Of a stretch of 64,000 nt of DNA, positions 57,101-64,000 are shown piece after piece (position 1 is the first letter of the stretch; each line of letters begins with the position of its first letter). Below the pieces are notes generated by a model that saw only the letters and a program-made list of their open reading frames with translations, was not told where the DNA came from and did not search any database. A program made the position numbers and the translations under genes. This DNA is from a bacterium. Its GTDB lineage: Bacteria > Patescibacteriota > Patescibacteriia > Veblenbacterales > UBA10138. The stretch covers positions 84,045 to 148,044 of the forward strand of contig JAGVEX010000019.1 in the NCBI GenBank assembly GCA_020057885.1, read 5' to 3'.

Positions 57101-60100
57101 TTAAAGGCTGAGGGTCTTCGGGGGGGGTAAGCCAGTGACTGCATTTACTGACACCGCTACCACTGGTACCCCAAGCGTCACACTTACCTAAAGCATAACA
57201 AATTGAACTAGCCTTACTGCTGACAAAACGCGTGCTTTCGCTTTGGCAGGCCAACCATTCACCACACACACGATCACGACTAACTTTTAGAATAATATTC
57301 GCGTTGTTAGGCGGAGCGCTAATCGGCGCTATTAATTTATCGTTTTGTCCGGTGCTGGAAGCATAAGTGGCGGCGGCATTGCTAGTAAGCTGAGATGAGG
57401 ACAAATCAGTAAACAATAAGCAGCCCTCTTTTTTACTAACACCAGTACATTTTTTATCAAGCTTGCTATTATCCAAATAATAATAAGTTTGCTTGGTAAG
57501 TTCTGGGTCGTGGAAAGCTTTACAGCTTACTTGGTCAGCAGGACACAGATAAGCCAGTGGCACCTGCGACTCGCTCAACGAAAATTGATCTACATAAATA
57601 ACTTGATTGGTGCTGCAAGTTTCGGGTGTACAAATCATATTACCACTGCCCACAGGCTGTTCCACGCCGCCATTGGTAATAAGGCCTACGGAAAGCTGAG
57701 TAACGCCTGGATCAATTTTAATAAGCGCTTGTTTGTAAACCCATTTACCTTTTTCAGTACTAGTTATGATGTTATCGTAACCGGGTTCATAATCATAATG
57801 CGGCACAGCTTGTTGCGTTAATTGCCAACTGGTAAAATTACGATTTTGTGGTATGTCGGGAACATAAATATGAGCTGAAACTGTAAAATAACGCGGCGTA
57901 CTACTTGATTCAATTTTTACATCATTGCTCCAAATTCCAGCGTAAATTTTAGCGCCACTTTCTATTTCCAGCACATTTGAGCCCCAATATTGTCCAGCGA
58001 CTGATTCGTGAGCTGTGAAAATAGCTGACTCGGTTTCTTCACCACTAGGGCCATTAATATTCCAACCCGAAAAAGCGTCTGACAAATTAACAGTTACATT
58101 GTCATAGTAAGCCGTACCAGCAACGGCTGAACCGCCAGCTGAAGTATTTAATTGTAGGAGGCAAGTGCGCGTGGTTGGTTTAAAGCTTAGTTGCAATTTT
58201 TCCCACACACCCGCTTCTTCGGTGTAATCGGAAACATTAACTCCGCAACCTGAAATATTAAGCGTGCGCCTAATGCCTGTATCGGCTTTTACCCAAACGC
58301 GAGCAGTATAAGCTTGGCCAATTATTACATCAAAATTTTGTCGGACCGCATCATCACCGCCAGCAAACTCATCCTTAATGCTTTGTACTCCATTGTGGCT
58401 ATCGCGTATTAAATCTGATGAGAGGGATAAATTCCAATCAGTAGGAGATATGCTATACCAGTTAGCTGGCCAGACGGTAATATTTTCAAAATCACCATCA
58501 GCTATTAAATTATCGCCGACATCATTAACTTTTTCAAAACTTGGATTATCTAACAAATCACAAAGTTCGGTAGTGCCTTTTTTATACCAATCATAACCAC
58601 GCAAACTATCTAATTGTTTGTACTCGCACACTCCATTGCCCGGATCCTTAAAAAAATGGGTAACGGAATTGCTGTCGGTAAACTGTTCGCACTTATCTTG
58701 CGCGCGACTGCACAAAAGCGAGCCAGCTCCTGTGTCACCCAAAGTATCCGGATTTAACTTAACAAATTTATCACTCCAATCTTGCACGTTGCCCGAAGAA
58801 TCAAGTTTGGGCTCACCTACGCGCTGACAAGCCTTGGCCGAAGCAGCGCAGGATTTTTTGGCATCATAAACTCTGTATATTACTTGATCAGCTGGAATAT
58901 TTAAAGCCGGCGGATCGGGCAAAGTAACAACAGTAGATTTAGGTGAAGAAGAATTTTGCGTATTAACCAAAGCTTCACAGCCCACGGCTTCAACTTTGCA
59001 AATTTTACTAAAATCAGTAAGAGTAGTTTTTGTGCCTGCGCGATTGGTATAAGCCGCACAACGTAAGTCACTAGCTGTACAAGTAGAAGGCGTAACCCAA
59101 GTATCTTTGCGGACAAAGAAAGTATCACCTATTTCACGCAAGGATACATTATCAATATAAAATGACGCGGGACTGGATATTGTTAAGGCTAAACTAGCTG
59201 GAACATCGGCCGTAAGCTGAACTGGCCCTAAAGTATAAACTTGCCACTCGCCACTTATTGGCAAGCTCCCTAAGCTAGCAAGGGGGTTGGTATTTATACT
59301 GGCGCTAATAGTGCTAGTGGCCGCCGTACTCTTGATCCAAAAATTAAGGAAATAAAGTTTACTCTTGGCAACCTTGCCACTAATATCTTTAGTAATGGTG
59401 CTGTTGCCAGCGCCTGAATACAAGGAATGACCAAAAGCGGAAGTTGATTCATTGGAATTACTGCCAGGAGTAAAGCCGCCGGTGGGAGTAGTGTCGGTGC
59501 TGAAACCAGCTTCGTTGTCACCAAAAGTAGTTATAGGAAACACTAAGCGTATATTATCGGCAGTAGGACCACGGTATTCTCGGCAACCAACATATTGAGC
59601 GCTACAAATTACACCCTCTTGTGGAATGGCATTATAAAAACAAGCAGGTGGAACAGCGGAGGCATCCCAAGTACCACCACTAGCCTCACAATCATTTTGA
59701 TTTATAGAAGTGGCGCGATAATTAGCGCAAGAGGCGGAAGCTGTAATTGTCTTAGACCAATAACGATAGTGAATTCCACCTGTTGTATCATAAAATTGTT
59801 TGCAATCTGGGTTCGAAGGAAAATCTGTTGGGGGAGTAATACCATTACCACATTCCGATCCTATGTTAGAATTATCTGTAGTAGTAGGCGCCGAATTGGG
59901 CATAGTAGGATCCTCCGCTTTTAACTGCCAAGTTTTAAGCTGATAACCAGATAAATTAGACCCTACCCAAGTGTAGTAAATATGATCTTCACCGGTATCT
60001 AATTTGATACACTGCCTAAGTTCGGCATAATACTCTTTGGCCTCATTCTGAACATTGGTAAATTCCTCACAACCAACCGCTTGAGCAACACAAGATTTAG

Positions 60101-62477
60101 CAGTGGTAGGAATAAAATTCATATCATCATTTGTAGGTAAACATTCAAGCCCGCCGCAGGTAGCTGAAGTTTGACAAATACTGCCGTTATTTATACCACC
60201 ACAACGCAAATTCTGGTTAAAGAAACTGGAATTTTGCTGATAATTGTTATAACCAATACATTCATTGGGGCAAGTGTTGCCTTTAATGGCTGGAATATTG
60301 GGTGAACCGTCGGCTGGCGTATAAAGTTCACAACCAACATCATCAACCCTACAAGAATTTAAATAATTTTTGCAAAGCGCTGAATCGTTAGTAATGTCCG
60401 CGTCATAACAATTTAAGAAACTAGGTGCCTCGCGCAAAGTAACAGCTTGTACTTTGGCATATTGTTCATATGAATCAGTGCTAGTGGCAGGTGTAACTCG
60501 AGCCACTACATCATTAGCCAAACATGCCACATCACTTGTACCGCAGGTAGTACCAACCAAGGTCGACATATTAAAATTACTCAAGCGCAAAAATTGCGTG
60601 CATCCTTCAGCGCTGGATTCGCAGGCGTATGTGCTAAAATCTTTCAAATAAATTTTATCGTCAGCATTATAACGGTTAACTGGTATACTGGCCGCAGAAT
60701 TATAAGATTTGGAATACCAACGGCAACCAATTGAATCACTGGTACAAATACTATTTTCTCCTACCAATGAATTTTGTAGATAAAAATTCGTATTGCCGCT
60801 ACGACTGGTAAATGCCTGACAAGTAGCATAAGGGGAATAACCTGAGCCCGCTGGAAATTCACAACTATCGCCACTGAAACGCCAAACATTTTTTTCTTTG
60901 GTACAATAACCCCAGGCCTGACAATTACCATTATCATCTTCAGCTACACAATTTTGCGTATCAACGCAAATTTCTTGCCTAGTGCCACCTTCAGATTGCA
61001 ACTGTTGGCCACTGGCCTGAATGCGACATTGTGACTGAGGAGCTTTTAATACCCAATTAGGATCAATTAGATGATAAAAAGGGCTACCTAAAACATTAAA
61101 TCCATCCATTACTTGTCGCAAAGTATAACTGGTGCCGGCAAATTGTTTAGCGGCCATTTCCCAGCCAATTGGAATGATTCGCGCCCGGCGTAATTTTTTT
61201 AAATCTGATTCATACCATTTACTAGGCTGACTTTCTTGCTCAGGATGATCTTTAGCAAACACCCAACTGCCGTTAATAAGTTTTTTATTTTGTACGGCGT
61301 CGGCCACAGTAAGCGGCTGACCCGACTCAGCTGAACGCAAAGCCTGCTCAAAACCATTATCAATAGTACAGTTATTAAGCTCAGCAAATTTTCGTGGGCT
61401 AGGACAATTTGAAAACTCGCTGATAACATCAATTTTATCCACACTCTTAAGAGTGGGAGTGGAAATTGAACTATTTATTTGCATGGCGTAATCCACGCCA
61501 CTAATACTGGTATTGTTTGCGATTGGTGAAAATGTGCCGCTGGGATTTTTAACATCTCCCTCTAAAAGCCGTTTCATTAAACGAGAAGCTAGGGTATTGG
61601 TAAAAACACCTAAGGCGTCGGCCACAACATCCCCGGTATAAGTATTAAAATCTTTTAGGGCCTCACCAACAGGCGTATCAACTAATAATTTTTCAACTTT
61701 AGCAGCAGGAGTTTTTATAAAACCGGTAATTGGTTCAGTAACAGCCCTTATGCCCCCATTCATGGTGTCGAGTGCTTTTTGAACGGCTTTTTGATCCTCG
61801 GCTCGTGTTAATAAATCTTGACGCAAACTCAAACTTACGCCCAATTCATTTTGCCGTGGATCTATAGCATAACCAAAAGCCTGTTGCGCCATGCGGGGAT
61901 TTTTTAAATACTGATCCCAAGCCGCGCCAATTTGTTTTAAATTACAACGTGGTCTAGTAGGTCGTATTTCTTCAAATAAAGCCGTGGTAATAATAAGGTT
62001 AGCAGTAAAACCTGGTGGCCTACATACATCCAAACTTAAATAACCGTTCTCGGTAGCTATGGTATCTATAAAGTCACCAGCCGCATCATTCCAAGCGTCA
62101 GTAGCTGATTTACCTAAATTTTTCCAAGTAAATAAAGGTGTTTGTCCTTTGCCACCAGAACCTATCATTACCGCGGCATCATAAGCAATGCGATTGGCAA
62201 ACATTTTAGCTGCATTTTTAAAAGCCACGGCCGCGCCATGTTCCCATACCCATTCTAAAGATTTTGTAAGCCAACCTTTAGCCGCCTCTGCCTGTTGTGC
62301 GACAATTTGTAGCTGGATTGCTGCTAAAACCCCTGGATCAGTTACTGCCCACTGTGCTTGAGCGGATTTAGGAGTAAAAAAAGAAACACCAACTGTAGTA
62401 AAAATAACACTCAAAAATATTCCAGTAGTTAAAACGCGGAATAAGCGTGGGTGTTTATTTTTTAACCAAGAAGACAT
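54171..62477 (-). CDS. Giant (2768 aa) secreted cysteine-rich protein with carbohydrate-binding-like and PKD-like modules
   Basis: Signal/TM start, AQWAVTDP motif, very many Cys, NPSFE/DGDFE...YxDxV galactose-binding-like signatures, C-terminal NWGDG. Confidence 0.8.
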   Translation of the reverse strand: MSSWLKNKHPRLFRVLTTGIFLSVIFTTVGVSFFTPKSAQAQWAVTDPGVLAAIQLQIVAQQAEAAKGWLTKSLEWVWEHGAAVAFKNAAKMFANRIAYDAAVMIGSGGKGQTPLFTWKNLGKSATDAWNDAAGDFIDTIATENGYLSLDVCRPPGFTANLIITTALFEEIRPTRPRCNLKQIGAAWDQYLKNPRMAQQAFGYAIDPRQNELGVSLSLRQDLLTRAEDQKAVQKALDTMNGGIRAVTEPITGFIKTPAAKVEKLLVDTPVGEALKDFNTYTGDVVADALGVFTNTLASRLMKRLLEGDVKNPSGTFSPIANNTSISGVDYAMQINSSISTPTLKSVDKIDVISEFSNCPSPRKFAELNNCTIDNGFEQALRSAESGQPLTVADAVQNKKLINGSWVFAKDHPEQESQPSKWYESDLKKLRRARIIPIGWEMAAKQFAGTSYTLRQVMDGFNVLGSPFYHLIDPNWVLKAPQSQCRIQASGQQLQSEGGTRQEICVDTQNCVAEDDNGNCQAWGYCTKEKNVWRFSGDSCEFPAGSGYSPYATCQAFTSRSGNTNFYLQNSLVGENSICTSDSIGCRWYSKSYNSAASIPVNRYNADDKIYLKDFSTYACESSAEGCTQFLRLSNFNMSTLVGTTCGTSDVACLANDVVARVTPATSTDSYEQYAKVQAVTLREAPSFLNCYDADITNDSALCKNYLNSCRVDDVGCELYTPADGSPNIPAIKGNTCPNECIGYNNYQQNSSFFNQNLRCGGINNGSICQTSATCGGLECLPTNDDMNFIPTTAKSCVAQAVGCEEFTNVQNEAKEYYAELRQCIKLDTGEDHIYYTWVGSNLSGYQLKTWQLKAEDPTMPNSAPTTTDNSNIGSECGNGITPPTDFPSNPDCKQFYDTTGGIHYRYWSKTITASASCANYRATSINQNDCEASGGTWDASAVPPACFYNAIPQEGVICSAQYVGCREYRGPTADNIRLVFPITTFGDNEAGFSTDTTPTGGFTPGSNSNESTSAFGHSLYSGAGNSTITKDISGKVAKSKLYFLNFWIKSTAATSTISASINTNPLASLGSLPISGEWQVYTLGPVQLTADVPASLALTISSPASFYIDNVSLREIGDTFFVRKDTWVTPSTCTASDLRCAAYTNRAGTKTTLTDFSKICKVEAVGCEALVNTQNSSSPKSTVVTLPDPPALNIPADQVIYRVYDAKKSCAASAKACQRVGEPKLDSSGNVQDWSDKFVKLNPDTLGDTGAGSLLCSRAQDKCEQFTDSNSVTHFFKDPGNGVCEYKQLDSLRGYDWYKKGTTELCDLLDNPSFEKVNDVGDNLIADGDFENITVWPANWYSISPTDWNLSLSSDLIRDSHNGVQSIKDEFAGGDDAVRQNFDVIIGQAYTARVWVKADTGIRRTLNISGCGVNVSDYTEEAGVWEKLQLSFKPTTRTCLLQLNTSAGGSAVAGTAYYDNVTVNLSDAFSGWNINGPSGEETESAIFTAHESVAGQYWGSNVLEIESGAKIYAGIWSNDVKIESSSTPRYFTVSAHIYVPDIPQNRNFTSWQLTQQAVPHYDYEPGYDNIITSTEKGKWVYKQALIKIDPGVTQLSVGLITNGGVEQPVGSGNMICTPETCSTNQVIYVDQFSLSESQVPLAYLCPADQVSCKAFHDPELTKQTYYYLDNSKLDKKCTGVSKKEGCLLFTDLSSSQLTSNAAATYASSTGQNDKLIAPISAPPNNANIILKVSRDRVCGEWLACQSESTRFVSSKASSICYALGKCDAWGTSGSGVSKCSHWLTPPEDPQPLTLTNYQARATDWSGMDYSGYSIPDKYSIELLTQKNYSTDPLTTNIRLTYINNKVKRCGGTGDECNLPIGSSASPCNTVTTCQYEDKGATGLGPLDDKKLLSDNNTVIKACRAYPEKDSPFPTVVVKNWTPACEGSNCLPVGTANYIAVAKNKDADYKDANNCQNGEDCECSYSKAIYSGGQTLYYGFDTTKLQSMFYTQNDIDANTNQPVEVKSKIKTDNSFIGMKGYCLEQDTSRSINSGTAKACLTWLPLDTAAGEISVYNYAPEAGYTGGEIFYCSESIGNKVGSRGENYTYHAANGALANCNVAYIDYTADWRCYEFQDVRYCTNDFTLQNSELGSNYFCNNKDKRIEAAGEDIVIFSRVAEVGEENFYKADIETIYLPFQLFGGWGINPNFTLTTNSQEEYGRFYLNKGNDWCAGVKCDMNQQCDFNFTELADRCAKLTSNNILPPNTLIDGTQHNLDVAMNIHSLTNFDYAVIKAVFDSNDKFLGYNVIYSDGSPGTGSFVINGRETYLREYCTEAVQVASSASNKVWTDRVLRNTVYQVAPKTELGFTQSRNPSPYGKLSQAVDSGTSMLIMSDKPGVNITSSSGDFSTFPQSFFCENGCGTGYGICLSGQSNGILTIGKQCNKSADCGDSSAPVCMGYFNKVCEVGGVSGVRTTQLCQVDNDCNSGDTCTGYQGLGWGTSGIVRVQQLFAKIFDVLTWNTSTSRFTSPALPDIDSSSGLPGSLCSPSTNPPCYYNVPLAPSIKQVVFELNGTSTIEGNTGFTLQTPGGSFNNGEVVLASPAPISTLFYAYNPNGEQMPLTDVWVNWGDGSVLAGASGKYKNHKHMCEPATVKAKMCTNLADLGKLCANDTQCSSILNACKEGDVANPRYNFGDSSQACVQDTASGSLGYFGFTKVYTCSSSSLSYNPNSLGANQGACEFTPAVLVKDNWDWCLGSTGAKWGTPDCISNSSNLSASGWLKFNGIIKVKP

Positions 62478-62631
62478 ACTATAGTTAAATCCTAAATCCT
62501 AAACTCTAATTTCTAAACAATAAATGAATTAATTAATTTAAGTTTTAAATTATTATTTTGAATGCTGAACTGTGAAAGTTAAATTATTTGGATTTTGTTT
62601 GACGTTTGAGCTTTGAATTTTGATATTTATA

Positions 62632-63381
62632 CTACAACCCCAAGGTTTGTTTAACAATGTTTTTTACAGTATCATCATCAAATTCCTTTAATGTAGTGGC
62701 ATCAACCCCATTTTTAATTAATAACTGTCTTAATTCCGCGCCTGAAAGTTTTAGAATTGCTTGTTTTTGTTCTTGGGTTAATTGCACTGTAGCAGTAGGC
62801 GAAGTAGTACTATTGTCAGACCCACTAGTAACCGTTGGCGACTCATTGCCAGCCACTTCTTGATAAAGTTTTAACAAGGCGGCGTCGTCATACTTGGATA
62901 AAACTTCATCGGTAGCCCCATTAGTTTTTAAAAATTGCCTTATTTGCTCCACAGTCGGCTGATTAGTGGCGGTTGTTTCTCCAACGGCACTATTTATTTT
63001 AACCCCGCAGGTTTGGCCTTTAGCGCAAAGCGGATCGTTGCCCGTAGTTACTTCAACCTTGTCATCATAGCCATCGGAATCAGTATCTTTTAAATAAGGA
63101 CTGGTTTTGTAAATGTAAACTTCGTCATAATCAGACAAGCCGTCATTATCGGTATCTTTATTTTTAAGAGCTTCGGCTTCAGAGCCCTCAATGGTTGAAT
63201 TATTTACATTTTGTTCGCCTGTACTGGTATTAATTGATGAAGTATCGGTAAAAGGTAATTTAATTAAAGTGCGGATTTGCCAAACACCTAAAATTAAGGC
63301 TCCTATAGCAACCAACCCCAAAACAAAGTTAACACGCTCGTGGGAAGGGGCTGGCCTATCATCTCGAGGCGTGGTAGGCAT
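62632..63381 (-). CDS. Membrane-anchored protein with Ca-binding DxDxDG (TSP3-like) repeats
   Basis: DTDNDGLSDYDE and DTDSDGYDDKVE. Confidence 0.7.
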   Translation of the reverse strand: MPTTPRDDRPAPSHERVNFVLGLVAIGALILGVWQIRTLIKLPFTDTSSINTSTGEQNVNNSTIEGSEAEALKNKDTDNDGLSDYDEVYIYKTSPYLKDTDSDGYDDKVEVTTGNDPLCAKGQTCGVKINSAVGETTATNQPTVEQIRQFLKTNGATDEVLSKYDDAALLKLYQEVAGNESPTVTSGSDNSTTSPTATVQLTQEQKQAILKLSGAELRQLLIKNGVDATTLKEFDDDTVKNIVKQTLGL

Positions 63382-63512
63382 ATTTAAAACAATAATTTAA
63401 CTGAAAATTGATAATTTATCTAAATCAATTATATCACAGAACGGGGTAATTGTCAAAGTTAAAAGCTTAAATTCTAATCTGAAGCGCAACGCTTTGAAAG
63501 GGATAGACTCGT

Positions 63513-63690
63513 TTACAATATATGCGCAAAAATCCAAAACCTGAATCACCTTAAATCACCAATCTTACACTTTGTGACGGCCGCCAAAAAGTGTAAGATT
63601 TAAATTAAAATAAATTGTTTAAACTAAAATCATAATAGCTATTACGGCGCCAACTACTAATGAAGACTTTGTTGGCTTATCAACTCAGGA
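63513..63690. repeat. Gene-less copy of the PaaX-like gene 1 flanks, joined at a single palindrome
   Basis: 63513-63594 matches 40457-40538 at 72/82; 63591-63645 matches 41228-41320 with gaps. Confidence 0.8.
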
Positions 63691-63702
63691 TGAATTGCCT
63701 TA

Positions 63703-63738
63703 GTACGGATTTATGTCCAGCTGGACATAAATCCGTAC
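63703..63738. repeat. 36-bp perfect palindrome with CAGCTG core variant
   Basis: GTACGGATTTATGTCCAG|CTGGACATAAATCCGTAC. Confidence 0.8.
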
Positions 63739-63799
63739 ACTATATATACGATCCTAAATCAAATACATAGTAGTTATCGCTACAACTACTGAGGATAAA

Positions 63800-64000
63800 C
63801 TAATTTTTGATTAAGTCTTTTAGTGTCCTGGTTAGACTTATCCATTGGTCTAGAGATAACTCCTGGGCCCGCATTTTTAAATTTAAGCCAAGACTACCCA
63901 TAATTTTTTCAAGCTCGGAACGCTCAAGTTTTAAAACCGAATTTAAATTATTAATTAATACCTTACGTCGCGAGGCAAAACCAACGCGCGCCAAACGCCA
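63800..64000 (-). CDS. rsmA: 16S rRNA dimethyladenosine transferase RsmA/KsgA, C-terminal part (gene starts beyond the window)
   Basis: GFASRRKVLINNL...RAQELSLDQW C-terminal signature. Confidence 0.8.
   Translation of the reverse strand, partial: WRLARVGFASRRKVLINNLNSVLKLERSELEKIMGSLGLNLKMRAQELSLDQWISLTRTLKDLIKN

Noticed and set aside
36369-63381. Integrative conjugative element or prophage
   Set aside because: No integrase, relaxase or phage structural genes; the cluster is co-oriented with and abuts housekeeping genes
1-64000. Alternative genetic code (UGA=Gly, as in Gracilibacteria/Absconditabacteria)
   Set aside because: Conserved genes are full length under the standard code, and some (radA, glyA) end at TGA at the expected position

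Overview
AT-rich bacterial chromosome segment, read with the standard genetic code. Gene content (PaaX/Cas2-fold orphans, tRNA-Arg(GCG), VirB4/PrgI/pilin-cargo cluster, giant Cys-rich surface protein) suggests a CPR/Patescibacteria genome (inference). 1-36 kb is mostly housekeeping: frameshifted membrane pyrophosphatase, uvrA/uvrC/pcrA, secG, rnj, trpS, murI, glyA, folD, recG, radA, two tRNAs, plus an IS30 nested inside an IS481-like element. 36-63 kb is a minus-strand type IV secretion-like/pilin operon punctuated by small inserts. Two candidate undescribed systems stand out. (1) Two wHTH+Cas2/VapD-fold ('PaaX-like') genes are each bracketed by a pair of CGGCCG-core palindromes, and an apparent gene-less ('empty') copy of one locus lies at 63.5 kb. 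(2) A four-helix-bundle (IVS/Avd-like) gene sits in the loop of inverted short-tandem-repeat arms, with many gene-less arm pairs between and even inside neighbouring genes. Also seen: a TA island with a 75-bp target duplication, an orphan His-type attenuator with TrpR-like operators, and a structured RNA candidate at 19.75-19.9 kb.
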